Positions 15,617 to 24,827 of a DNA stretch of 64,000 nt are shown one piece after another; position 1 is the first letter of the stretch, and each line of letters starts with the position of its first letter. A program made the translations under genes and the position numbers. The stretch spans positions 74,599-138,598 of the forward strand of contig JBAYVT010000004.1 of NCBI GenBank assembly GCA_041674405.1, read 5' to 3'. The notes under the pieces were generated by a model that searched no databases, had not been told where the DNA came from, and worked only from the letters and a program-made list of their open reading frames with translations. Source of the stretch: Patescibacteria group bacterium (GTDB lineage Bacteria > Patescibacteriota > UBA1384 > XYA2-FULL-43-10).

Positions 15617-16639
15617 GTGGTAAACACGAGTGAGGTTGTCGGTAAGTCCGAGTGTGCGCGGATCATTTCAGAAATGATCCGGCCCGAGTCAGCGTCTGGA
15701 AAGATGCTGTACCGCGATCAAGACGAGATTCTCTCAATGCTCGAATCCGGACATAGCACGTTCATCCGAGATGGCGCCGGTATGCCGGTGTCATTCTGCG
15801 GCTTCTATGAGTTCGACCAATACATCGAGGTCGGCTCTACGATCACGAATCCGGAATTTCGCGGGCGTGGGCTTGCCACCGAGTGCCTTTACCGGGTGCT
15901 GGATGCCATTCAGTGTTCCGGGAAGGAGATAGTGGCATTCTGCAACGATGGCTCAGCTGGTCTCTTTGCGAAAGCCGGATTCAGCGAACGGCCAAAGGCC
16001 GAGATGCCGGACGAAGCGCTAGCTTTTTGCGCAGACTGTGCGGAGAGCCAAACATTCCCAGGATGTCACTGCCGCTACATGGTATTTGGGCATCGAGTTG
16101 TGCAGGGAAGGGGCGTCTGGCACACGATCATCGAAGACCCGGCAGGCGGCCAGCTTAAAAAGGTGGCAGAGCTTTACTGCCAAGTCTGGGCGGAGCCGCC
16201 TTGGGACGAGTACGACTGGGATCTGGCCGAGGTTGAGACCGAACTTAGTGAAGCGTCAAGTGATCCAGCAACGGCATTCTTTGTGAGTATGGTCCGTGGA
16301 GAAGTCAACGGCTTCACCATAGGCTACCCGATGGACAAGACGGCGCTTGCGGCGAAAGCCGGAGGAGAACAACTTGGCCATCTGTGCGAAGATCGCAGGC
16401 AGGTCTTCTATGTGGCCGAACTGGGAGTGGCGAAAGAATCCCGGTGCCATGGCACGGGAATCATGCTATCAGAGCTACTCTCTGCCAGGGCAAGGTCTCT
16501 CGGGTACAGCCGGCTGATCCTGCGTACTCACATAAAGGCCGCCCCCGCCAGGGCGTTGTATGCCAGGCTGGGGTTTGTCGATACCGGCATTCCTGACGCA
16601 AACTACCCCGATCGCACATACTGGGTTTACGACGAATAG
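15617..16639 (+). CDS. Tandem-GNAT N-acetyltransferase (two GNAT domains joined by a Cys/His-containing linker), in GC-rich cassette D.
   Basis: GNAT motif-A-like blocks in both halves (EFRGRGLATECL...; ESRCHGTGIMLSELL...). The linker contains CADCAESQTFPGCHC. The sequence is strongly GC-rich compared with its flanks. Confidence 0.65.
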   Translation: MVNTSEVVGKSECARIISEMIRPESASGKMLYRDQDEILSMLESGHSTFIRDGAGMPVSFCGFYEFDQYIEVGSTITNPEFRGRGLATECLYRVLDAIQCSGKEIVAFCNDGSAGLFAKAGFSERPKAEMPDEALAFCADCAESQTFPGCHCRYMVFGHRVVQGRGVWHTIIEDPAGGQLKKVAELYCQVWAEPPWDEYDWDLAEVETELSEASSDPATAFFVSMVRGEVNGFTIGYPMDKTALAAKAGGEQLGHLCEDRRQVFYVAELGVAKESRCHGTGIMLSELLSARARSLGYSRLILRTHIKAAPARALYARLGFVDTGIPDANYPDRTYWVYDE

Positions 16640-16709
16640 CGCAAGGTACGAACATCCAGCCGAGCGGGCAAAAACCCGCTCGGCCAGCATTCATAAATTA
16701 AGGAGAAAA

Positions 16710-17777
16710 ATGGATCTGGAAATCTTAAAAAAGTTAGTAGAGTTTGACACAAGATCGGAAAATACGAATTTGCCGCTAATTTATTATTGCCAAAAGAAAT
16801 TTGAAGAGTATGGTTTTGAAACGCGAATATGGGGAAAGGACAACAAAGCAAATTTATTTGCATTCAAGCCTGCTTATGGCAGTAGAATTGTACTTTCGGC
16901 GCATACCGACACCGTCCCGCCCGGCGAAGGTTGGAATTCGGACCCATTCAAGCTTGAACAAAATGAAGATTCGATAATTGGGTTGGGTATTGCCGACATG
17001 AAAATTTTTATTGCGATCATGCTTAAATTGGCTCAAGCTAATTTAGCCAAAAATTTAGCCTTTCTTCTAACTTACAACGAAGAAACCGATTTCGAAGGGG
17101 CAAAATTAATTGATAGAAAAATTATCGGCAAAAGCGATTATTTAATCATTGGAGAACCGACTGGCGGGAAGATTATTACAAATTCTAAGGGTCTTGTCGC
17201 ATATGAGCTGGAATTGACCGGAAAAGGAGGCCACGGAAGCGAACCGGAAAATGGAGTCTCCAGCATATTAGACTCATCAAAATTTATTTTAGAATTGTCG
17301 AAAGGATTTAAAGAAATTCAAGAAAAAAACAAAGATGATTCATTTGTAAATCCACTGCCTACTTTGAATTTTGGCACAATTTCTGGCGGAGAAGCTATAA
17401 ACAGCATACCGGTTGGGACAAATTTGTCGTTTGAAATCAGAACCACAAATGCAGCAGTTGAAAAAATATTTAATGAACTAATCAAAAAGACATCCAAATC
17501 TTTAAAATCCTCAGTAAGTTTCACGAAAAAAATATCGCTGAATCCGTTCGTGTCTTCTGGTAAAGTGGTAAAAATTATCAAAAAATCTGGGTTGCCTGTC
17601 GAAAAAGGGCCATCATACGCCACAGAGGCTAATATTTTGGCGGATATATGTCCAAATGCTGTTATCTTTGGGCCAGGGGAGATTAAATACGCACATAAAG
17701 AGAATGAGAAAATCAGTTTCAAAGGGATTGTTAAATACAAAAAAGATTTGACATATCTGATTAGTGTGTTAAAGTAA
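16710..17777 (+). CDS. M20-family metallopeptidase/deacylase (ArgE/DapE/acetylornithine-deacetylase-like).
   Basis: LSAHTDTVPPGEGW, GIADMKIFIAIML (the GxADxK region) and NEETDFEGAKL (catalytic Glu-Glu/Asp) are visible. The start is taken at MDLEIL, preceded by the RBS AAGGAG. The tabulated ORF start at 16560 lies inside the previous gene. Confidence 0.7.
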   Translation: MDLEILKKLVEFDTRSENTNLPLIYYCQKKFEEYGFETRIWGKDNKANLFAFKPAYGSRIVLSAHTDTVPPGEGWNSDPFKLEQNEDSIIGLGIADMKIFIAIMLKLAQANLAKNLAFLLTYNEETDFEGAKLIDRKIIGKSDYLIIGEPTGGKIITNSKGLVAYELELTGKGGHGSEPENGVSSILDSSKFILELSKGFKEIQEKNKDDSFVNPLPTLNFGTISGGEAINSIPVGTNLSFEIRTTNAAVEKIFNELIKKTSKSLKSSVSFTKKISLNPFVSSGKVVKIIKKSGLPVEKGPSYATEANILADICPNAVIFGPGEIKYAHKENEKISFKGIVKYKKDLTYLISVLK

Positions 17778-17926
17778 GATCAAACTTAGCAGTTAAGTTT
17801 AAATTTATGGAATCACAAATGCACAAAATTTATTTTACTTGCGGTACCGATCGAGTTAAGACCTGCGGCATTTTTGATGGTTCCAAATTATTGATCTAAT
17901 AATTTTCTAAAACTATACATCAAAAA

Positions 17927-17951
17927 GCCGCCGGTCCATGGGCGGTTTTTT
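17927..17951 (+). terminator. Weak hairpin followed by T6. Possible terminator after the M20 gene.
   Basis: ccgcc-ggtccatg-ggcgg followed by tttttt. Confidence 0.35.
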
Positions 17952-18031
17952 GATTTTCTTGTGCTCTTAAAGTCGAGAAGGGCACAAGCGCAGTCAAACT
18001 AATTGCCCCATGGGGCAGAAAGGAAAGAAAA

Positions 18032-18703
18032 ATGTACGGTCCGAAAATCAAATTCGCGTACGATCGAGGGGAAAAGAGCGGGGGAAGAGTTGAGGTCGAG
18101 CTTGGCTCGCCGGCTGACGAGGTCGTTGCTGCCAAACAATTCACTGAGTGGATCAACGACAATCGGATTCGCCTATACCTGGCGACTCCGGCGCCGTGCA
18201 CGGAAAGTGCTGAGATGGATTGGGTGAAGAACCAAAACAACCGGCCAGACGACCTGTCGTGGAATATCATGATTGAAGGCGAGATGGTCGGCAATATCGG
18301 TTTGCATCGTATTGACCGAACGCATCGCCGTGCCGAACTCGGTATTATGATCGGCGACAAGAAACGCTGGGGGAAGGGATTAGCCCAGGCGTTGGAGGCG
18401 GTAATTCTCGACTACGCCTTTTCAAACATTGTCGCCGGAGGCCTGAATAAGGTCGCAGCCGAGGTCCTTGACGGCAACGAACCGAGCCGTGCAGCAATCA
18501 AGAAATGCGGCTTCCGCGATGTAGCAGTGCGCCGAGAGCATTTCTGGTTCTTCGGTCGATGGTACGATGCCTGGGAAGGCGAGATCTTGGCCTCCGAGTG
18601 GTCAAAAAATCGCGCCAAGGTGATGAAAGCCGTGGGGATCAAGTATCTTGACCTCTACTGCGGCTGCGCTTCAGAAGGCTTCACGCCCGAGAAATTCGAC
18701 TAG
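18032..18703 (+). CDS. GNAT-family N-acetyltransferase of RimJ/RimL type, in GC-rich cassette E.
   Basis: NIGLHRIDRTHRRAELGIMIGDKKRWGKGLAQAL... and a conserved RimL-like C-terminal half. A 12-bp perfect palindrome GCCCCATGGGGC lies immediately upstream of the RBS. Confidence 0.65.
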   Translation: MYGPKIKFAYDRGEKSGGRVEVELGSPADEVVAAKQFTEWINDNRIRLYLATPAPCTESAEMDWVKNQNNRPDDLSWNIMIEGEMVGNIGLHRIDRTHRRAELGIMIGDKKRWGKGLAQALEAVILDYAFSNIVAGGLNKVAAEVLDGNEPSRAAIKKCGFRDVAVRREHFWFFGRWYDAWEGEILASEWSKNRAKVMKAVGIKYLDLYCGCASEGFTPEKFD

Positions 18704-18708
18704 GACAA

Positions 18709-18745
18709 ATCCCTCACCCTTGCAAGGGTGAGGGATTCTAATTAT
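18709..18745 (+). terminator. Hairpin with an 11-bp perfect stem after the GNAT gene. The downstream T-tract is weak.
   Basis: atccctcaccc-ttgcaa-gggtgagggat, then tctaatt. Confidence 0.45.
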
Positions 18746-18773
18746 TGGCACAACATGTTAAGATAGCGATGTC

Positions 18774-19397
18774 ATGATAACTGCACTTATCGATATTCTT
18801 GCAAATTTTGTTGTGAATACTATTCATGTTCTGGGCGCTCCAGGACTATTTTTCTTAATGTTTATCGAATCCTGTGGGATTCCGATGCCCTCCGAGGTTA
18901 TAATGCCATTCTCGGGCTTTCTGGTGGCCGACCATGTGATGAACTTCTGGCTTGTTGTCGTTGTTGGCGCACTCGGGAACCTTGCAGGTTCTTTATTGGC
19001 CTACTGGATTGGTTGGCGAGGCGGCCGTCCACTTATCGAAAAATATGGCAAATATATCTTGATCTCCAAGCATGATCTTGATCGCGCTGACGTCTGGTTT
19101 CAAAAATACGGCGATGCAACAACTTTTGTCGGGAGGATTTTGCCTATCGTTCGCACCTACATTTCATTTCCTGCGGGGATTTCGAAAATGGAGATCAAAA
19201 AATTTTCATTTTACACATTTATCGGAGCTCTTATTTGGAGTGCGGCGCTTACTTGGGGAGGGGTTATTCTTGGCGAGAATTGGGAATTGATTCGGGCAAA
19301 ATTGCACACTTTCGATACGGCAATATTGATCATAATTATTGTCCTGATTGCACTTTATATATATCGGCATATTCGCAATATCAAAAAGGCAAATTAG
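18774..19397 (+). CDS. DedA/SNARE-associated (TVP38-like) family membrane protein.
   Basis: LFFLMFIESCGIPMPSEVIMPFSGFLV... plus the rest of the DedA core and TM helices. Confidence 0.7.
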   Translation: MITALIDILANFVVNTIHVLGAPGLFFLMFIESCGIPMPSEVIMPFSGFLVADHVMNFWLVVVVGALGNLAGSLLAYWIGWRGGRPLIEKYGKYILISKHDLDRADVWFQKYGDATTFVGRILPIVRTYISFPAGISKMEIKKFSFYTFIGALIWSAALTWGGVILGENWELIRAKLHTFDTAILIIIIVLIALYIYRHIRNIKKAN

Positions 19398-19535
19398 TTT
19401 TTTTCTATTGACATAAAATATAATTTGTACTATTGTAATGCTCCACAATATTATTGTGTGCCCATGTTTATACAGGGGGATGCAGTATATGGGCGTTAAT
19501 GCCTTGCCCACCTTTGCTGTAGTATAGACATCTTA

Positions 19536-19577
19536 TGGAGAAAACCGGCGATGGCCCCCTTTCTAGGGGGCCATCGC
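19536..19577 (-). terminator. Rho-independent terminator for the minus-strand sensor-like membrane-protein gene.
   Basis: 12-bp stem gcgatggccccc / gggggccatcgc with loop tttcta. On the minus strand it is followed by ggttttctcc. Confidence 0.65.
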
Positions 19578-19622
19578 TGTGTCTGATAGATCTATTTTAA
19601 TTAAAAAGTCCAAATTCCAAGT

Positions 19623-20894
19623 TTAGTTTGCTTCGGATTTGGTTTCTTTGGCCTTGTCCAATGGAATTTTGATATTTAGGAAGCTGTCTGCTGCAGACTC
19701 AACCTTGATTTTTTCTCCTATATAGCCATTTTCAGCCTTTGATGGAAATGAATAGCCCTCTTTGGTTACGGTAATCTTGTATTCGCCCTCAGTAACAATA
19801 AAACCAAACCTGCCATCTTTGTCGGTGGCACGCGTCTCAATAATTCTTTCATCGGAAGCATCATGCAAGCGAACTAGTGCAAGATCCACCGGCTTTTTTG
19901 TTTCTGATTCGTAAACTATTCCCCAGGGCAGCGGAGTTTGGTTGATCATCACGATAAAGCCCGGTTCATTTTTCCTAAGTTCTATTCTGGCAATGCTGAT
20001 ATCGTAAATGTTTTTTAGTTCATCTTGGGCCTTGAAGGAGAACCTCTTGGTGTTATTCGATTTGAAATCTTCAAGATAAATGACAAGTTTTGGTGCAAAG
20101 AAAATTGGTAGTTCGCGAACTGGAAAATTGGTTAAATCTTTTTTGTTTTTCAACATTTCGGAAAGCGCTTCATTGATCTGAACAATTCTTAAGTGATTAT
20201 CAAGTACAATCAATCCTTCCCGCATATTTTTCAAAATTTCATCGGAAGTCGTTTTCGATTGTTGATAGAGCTTCTTGTTTTCCATTGCCAATTTAGCAAT
20301 TTTATCTCGACTTTTGCGAATCATATTGTTGAAGTAAATAGTCATTAATCCAACAAGAATAATAAAAAGAAGGCTGAAAATTGTCCCGACTTTCCAGGCA
20401 ACGCTTTCACCGCGTATATCATATGGTTCTGCCAAAAATCTTATACCCGAATATTCTATGGCAAACATTGCGCTTATGGATGCAAGGACAGTTAAGAGCG
20501 TAGTAATGCCGAAGGATAAGCTTTGCGAGGCGGCAAAAATGACTGAAGGTAAAAAAGCAAGTAAAAATGATGATCGTCCGACAGGGTAGTAATGCACAAA
20601 TATCGCCAGGCTCAAAATGATAGAAGTTCCCATAATCAACAGAACAATTTCTTGCGCAAGCCTGCTAGCTTTAAAAACAATAAAAAGATTGAGTGCGACA
20701 TTGGTTACTAGCGTCACAATGATTGCTTGCAACGCAAGCCAAAGTGGAATTGCATGAAAATAATAAACGAAAAACAAACCAAAAAATCCCTCGATCACAA
20801 TAAGGGCATAGTTTGTTTCGACAAGCTTTAAAATATCCTGGGATTTTATCCCGAATAAAGTTTTTCCCTGGGACTCGACGAGATCTTCTGGCAT
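19623..20894 (-). CDS. Membrane sensor-like protein (423 aa). It has an N-terminal polytopic domain of about 7 TM, a cytoplasmic PAS-like region, and a C-terminal prealbumin/CarboxypepD_reg-like beta domain. No kinase or other output domain is present.
   Basis: TM helices over about the first 200 aa. ...LKNMREGLIVLDNHLRIVQINEALSEML... is PAS-like. ...ETRATDKDGRFGFIVTEGEYKITVTKEGY... resembles a carboxypeptidase-regulatory-like fold. Confidence 0.5.
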   Translation of the reverse strand: MPEDLVESQGKTLFGIKSQDILKLVETNYALIVIEGFFGLFFVYYFHAIPLWLALQAIIVTLVTNVALNLFIVFKASRLAQEIVLLIMGTSIILSLAIFVHYYPVGRSSFLLAFLPSVIFAASQSLSFGITTLLTVLASISAMFAIEYSGIRFLAEPYDIRGESVAWKVGTIFSLLFIILVGLMTIYFNNMIRKSRDKIAKLAMENKKLYQQSKTTSDEILKNMREGLIVLDNHLRIVQINEALSEMLKNKKDLTNFPVRELPIFFAPKLVIYLEDFKSNNTKRFSFKAQDELKNIYDISIARIELRKNEPGFIVMINQTPLPWGIVYESETKKPVDLALVRLHDASDERIIETRATDKDGRFGFIVTEGEYKITVTKEGYSFPSKAENGYIGEKIKVESAADSFLNIKIPLDKAKETKSEAN

Positions 20895-20912
20895 TGTCCC
20901 CTTGTTTTAAGG

Positions 20913-21533
20913 CTAATTTGCCGGGGTATTTGGCGGAATAAATGTGTTTGTAGCGTCGTCGTTTGGCGTATCAGAAGCAACTGGCGGAGTTGGTTCTGGC
21001 ATACTTACTTCCGGTATAGCCGGTTGTTCAGCGGGGGGAAGATTGGGCAGAACGGCATTCTCCTCAGCACCTGTATTTAGAGGAGCCGCAGTATTGTTGC
21101 TATCTGAAATTACCGGAGCAGGTTCCACTGGGGCCGGTTCAGGCACGGAGGAAGTGGGTGTGGCCGGCACAGATTCCTGCGGCAGGGGTGCTTCGGGGGC
21201 CGGAATGGTTTCAGCAGGAGCGGCCGGAACCGGCTCCTGAACCTCTGGCATAGGAGTTGAATCGGTTCCCACAAACGGCTCTACTGGTTGTGTGCTTTCA
21301 GGGCTATCAGAAGCCATATCAGAAATTTTTGCCATAACTTTAGCACCTTCGGTCCCTGTAAGTTTTTCCAAATGATTTACGCCGACAAGAACAGCAGATG
21401 GTTTGCCGTTTTTGGTGAGAACATACATATTGTCAGTACCCTCAACTTCATCAACAATCTTATTAAACATATCTCGCGCTTCGGTAACGGGAATTATTTT
21501 TTCAATATCAACTTGCAACATCTCCTCCTCCAT
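20913..21533 (-). CDS. Phd/YefM-family antitoxin domain (N-terminal, about 60 aa) fused to a long Pro/Ala/Glu/Val-rich low-complexity tail. It is the first gene of an operon with the sensor-like membrane protein.
   Basis: IPVTEARDMFNKIVDEVEGTDNMYVLTKNGKPSAVLVGVNHLEKL is the Phd/YefM signature. The tail is PEVQEPVPAAPAETIPAPEAPLPQESVPATPTSSVPEPAPVEPAPV... Confidence 0.55.
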   Translation of the reverse strand: MEEEMLQVDIEKIIPVTEARDMFNKIVDEVEGTDNMYVLTKNGKPSAVLVGVNHLEKLTGTEGAKVMAKISDMASDSPESTQPVEPFVGTDSTPMPEVQEPVPAAPAETIPAPEAPLPQESVPATPTSSVPEPAPVEPAPVISDSNNTAAPLNTGAEENAVLPNLPPAEQPAIPEVSMPEPTPPVASDTPNDDATNTFIPPNTPAN

Positions 21534-21671
21534 AACTTAACTAACTGATCAATTTTTATTAGGTTTAATCTGACATAATGATACGTTGGAAAAGAGATCT
21601 CGTCAAATTTCTGCTCGTAAAACAAACAGCGCATTTAAGGCTTGTAATGAAATATTTTCTGAGCAAGTATA

Positions 21672-22409
21672 CTATTTTTGTTTACGATAATAATCCAGGA
21701 TTTTAGCACGATAGAAAATTGCCATTGTATCCGTAACCATTTTCTTAATTGCTTTAAAATTAATTCCACTCCCAGCCGCATTGAAGTCTAGTTCTACCGG
21801 TGCCTCAAATATTCTTCGATATCCCAGTTGGTGCGCAATCACCAACATCTCGAGATCAAAAGCGTATTGTTTAACTAAAACTCGCGGCATAATGTCTTTT
21901 GCCACATTCCTTTTTATAAATTTTAGCCCTGCCTGGGTATCGGTAACATTGAGCCCGAAAAGAAAGCGAATCATTTTGTGGTAAATCCAAGAATAAACCC
22001 TTCTTTTTTTAGGGTAATTCACTTTTGATGCCGGATGCCTTTTGGATCCTATCACGAAATCGGCATCGAAAATTTCCAGAAGTTTTACAAATTTATCGAA
22101 TTGCGCAGGATCAAAATCTCCGCCGGCATCTGTAAAGGTTACAATGTCACCTTTTGCCATTTTGGTCCCGTATTTTAACGCGTGCCCCTTCCCATGGTTT
22201 TTTTCGTAACTGAATATTCTCACATTCTTGTTCTTAATTTTTTTGGCTTCTTTCAATGTGTTATCAGGTGATCCGTCTACAACTACGACCACCTCGTAGC
22301 TATATTCAAGTACATCATGCGTATCAACGATGTTTTTTAATGTTTTATAGATATTTTTTTCCTCTTTGTAGGCAGGAATTACAATAGAAAGTTTAGGATT
22401 CATTTTCAC
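21672..22409 (-). CDS. GT2-family glycosyltransferase (dolichyl/polyprenyl-phosphate sugar synthase-like).
   Basis: LSIVIPAYKEEKNI..., ...VVVVDGSPDNT..., a DxD region and a short GT-A fold (245 aa). Confidence 0.7.
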   Translation of the reverse strand: MKMNPKLSIVIPAYKEEKNIYKTLKNIVDTHDVLEYSYEVVVVVDGSPDNTLKEAKKIKNKNVRIFSYEKNHGKGHALKYGTKMAKGDIVTFTDAGGDFDPAQFDKFVKLLEIFDADFVIGSKRHPASKVNYPKKRRVYSWIYHKMIRFLFGLNVTDTQAGLKFIKRNVAKDIMPRVLVKQYAFDLEMLVIAHQLGYRRIFEAPVELDFNAAGSGINFKAIKKMVTDTMAIFYRAKILDYYRKQK

Positions 22410-23676
22410 TCTTAAATATTGCTAGCAGCGCTTCTTTCTTCGTGTAAACATAATACCCCATAAGCAAAGCGAATAAAACACCATTCATCAAGATAAATGT
22501 ACGAATTACCGCAAGAATGCTTGGGTGCCAATACGAAACCATGACAATCTGAGCTACAAGCACGATGAAATAAAGAATTAAGAAAAAGAAGTTTTTGATG
22601 ACCATATAGTAATTTGCCATAAGATTAACCATGGAATAGAACAAAACAAACAAACCAACCTCGGGAAGAAGCGTGTATGCAGAAACATAATCAGGCCCAT
22701 ATAAAATTGATACCACCTTGCCTGGCATTATCATATAAATGGCAAGCACAGCAAATGCCCCGATTAGCGTGATTATGATCGAAAAAAGAAAGATCTGATA
22801 ATGTTTGTCACCTTTGACTTTTCGCTCTGATACCATTGGGAACATGACGCTCGCAATCGGTGCTGTTACATAAAGAATAATCTTGGCAACCGTCGAGATG
22901 GCAGCGTATAAGCCAGCGCTTTGCGGATCAAAATAATGTTTAACCAGAATAATATCGATATTGAGCGAAGCAACAAGAAATAAAGACGCAATCAGTGTTG
23001 GCCAAGTGTAGGATATTATTTCCTTTTTATCGAATTTAAAAGAGTGCCCATCATGGAATTTTATTTTATTAAACATTCGCTTTATCGGCAAAAACGAAAT
23101 GGAATATGCAATTATGGTGGCTAGTACTATGGCACTGACCGCTCCGTTTAATTTTAAACCTGCCATCACCAGTGCTAAGCCCAATCCAAGCCGGAGGGCC
23201 ATTTCTAAGATGTTGATTGAAGCCAGGCTTCTAAATTTTTGGAGGCCCTGAAAATATCCTTTGTTAATTACAATAAGCAGAGAGAATATTACTCCTGATA
23301 ACACAATTGAAATTGGCATGAGTGAATTGATAGAAAAGAAATTCGCGATAGGCTTTAGAAACAAAAGGCAAACCAAAAATATTCCAACACCGATCAAAAG
23401 TAGATATTTTGTGAGAAACAAAAACAATTTTTTTAATGCATCAAAATATCGTTCGTTGAATAATTCTCCGGAGTATCTCATCGAGATGGTCAAAATTGCG
23501 CCGCTAGCTACGGCAATAATAGTTTGCAATGACATTAGGGCTGTCATCTCGCCATATTCCGTCGGACCCAAAAGCCGCCCCATCATCATATTGAACAGGT
23601 AGGAAAATAAACTGGCAATCAATGTCCCGATAAAGACAATTGAACTGCTTTTAAGTAATTTTTTGGCTTCATTCAT
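22393..23676 (-). CDS. Wzx-like polysaccharide flippase of the MOP superfamily (polysaccharide biosynthesis protein).
   Basis: 427 aa with about 12-14 TM helices and a Wzx-like N-terminus (...SSIVFIGTLIASLFSYLFNMMMGRLLGPTEYGE...). Confidence 0.65.
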   Translation of the reverse strand: MNEAKKLLKSSSIVFIGTLIASLFSYLFNMMMGRLLGPTEYGEMTALMSLQTIIAVASGAILTISMRYSGELFNERYFDALKKLFLFLTKYLLLIGVGIFLVCLLFLKPIANFFSINSLMPISIVLSGVIFSLLIVINKGYFQGLQKFRSLASINILEMALRLGLGLALVMAGLKLNGAVSAIVLATIIAYSISFLPIKRMFNKIKFHDGHSFKFDKKEIISYTWPTLIASLFLVASLNIDIILVKHYFDPQSAGLYAAISTVAKIILYVTAPIASVMFPMVSERKVKGDKHYQIFLFSIIITLIGAFAVLAIYMIMPGKVVSILYGPDYVSAYTLLPEVGLFVLFYSMVNLMANYYMVIKNFFFLILYFIVLVAQIVMVSYWHPSILAVIRTFILMNGVLFALLMGYYVYTKKEALLAIFKSENES

Positions 23677-23801
23677 ACGGGTTAAACTATAGCAGGTTGA
23701 TTAAGCTTCGAAAAGGCTGTTTCAAAATTAGCAAATTATCTGATAACATCGAAATGCTTGACCAACTTTTTGCAATCTCAATTTCAATAATCGAATTATA
23801 A

Positions 23802-24827
23802 ATGCCAGATAAAGAAATAATTAAAACCAGTGTTTTTGCCAGGATCGGATTTTTAGGCAACCCCTCAGATGGATTCGGCGGCAAAACAATTAGCCTGCCC
23901 TTAAAAAATTTTCAAGCCGAGACATTGGTCTGGCAATCACCAACTTTCAAATTGCTCTCAAACAGCGAAGATCAGGACGAATATGAGCATGTCGGCGACA
24001 TGGCTCGATATGTCAGGGCAAATGGCTATTATGGTGGAATCAGGCTTGTCAAGGCGGCGATTGTCAGCCTTAAGAAATATTGCGAGCAACATTCGATAGA
24101 ATTTCCTGGTGGCAATTTTACTATCAGTTATCGTTCAAATATTCCGCGCCAGAGCGGTCTTGCCGGTTCGAGTGCAATCATTGTCTCGACTATCAAATCG
24201 GTAATGAAATTCTACAAACTCCCCGAAGCCAGTTTGCCACCGGAAATCCTTGCTAACATTGCAATTGCCGCTGAAACTGAGGAACTGGGCATTACTGCTG
24301 GGCTTCAAGACCGAGTGGTCCAATCTTTTGATGCCCCGGTCTATATGGATTTTGGTCCGGCAGCATTTAAAAGGCATGGAGGGATTTTTGGTGAATACAA
24401 AAAAATAAATCCGAACTTATTTCCTGAAATGTACATAGCCTGGAACGACAAACCTTCTGAATCGGGCAAAATTCACTCGGATGTTAAATCTCGCTTCCTG
24501 GATGGTGATCAAAAAGTAGTTAATGCAATGGCAAGATTTGCCGAAATTGCCGAATCTGGGATGAGCGCCTTGCTTAAACGCGACCATGCCAAGCTTTGTG
24601 ATCTTGCAGACCAGAATTTTGATCTGCGTAGAAAAATCTACGGTGATTCTGTAATTGGGGCCGACAATCTAGCGATGATTAAATTGGCTAGAAAATTTGG
24701 CGCTGCCGCCAAGTTCCCAGGTTCAGGCGGGGCGATCATCATTATTCCACGAAATAAAGGACAGGCTGATATAATTTTAGAAGAGTTTGCGCGAAGAAAA
24801 TATAACATTGAAAGAGTAGTCGTATGA
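23802..24827 (+). CDS. GHMP-family sugar kinase, probably a sugar-1-kinase feeding the downstream nucleotidyltransferase.
   Basis: The GHMP ATP-binding motif IPRQSGLAGSSAIIVSTIKS (PxGSGLGSSAA-like). It overlaps the next gene as ATGA at 24824. Confidence 0.65.
   Translation: MPDKEIIKTSVFARIGFLGNPSDGFGGKTISLPLKNFQAETLVWQSPTFKLLSNSEDQDEYEHVGDMARYVRANGYYGGIRLVKAAIVSLKKYCEQHSIEFPGGNFTISYRSNIPRQSGLAGSSAIIVSTIKSVMKFYKLPEASLPPEILANIAIAAETEELGITAGLQDRVVQSFDAPVYMDFGPAAFKRHGGIFGEYKKINPNLFPEMYIAWNDKPSESGKIHSDVKSRFLDGDQKVVNAMARFAEIAESGMSALLKRDHAKLCDLADQNFDLRRKIYGDSVIGADNLAMIKLARKFGAAAKFPGSGGAIIIIPRNKGQADIILEEFARRKYNIERVVV

Noticed and set aside
16560-16709. Upstream extension of the M20 peptidase ORF (tabulated start 16560)
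   Set aside because: The extension overlaps the 3' end of the GNAT gene in a different frame and is GC-rich like the cassette. A hairpin followed by the RBS AAGGAG and ATG 16710 (MDLEILKK...) marks the real start.
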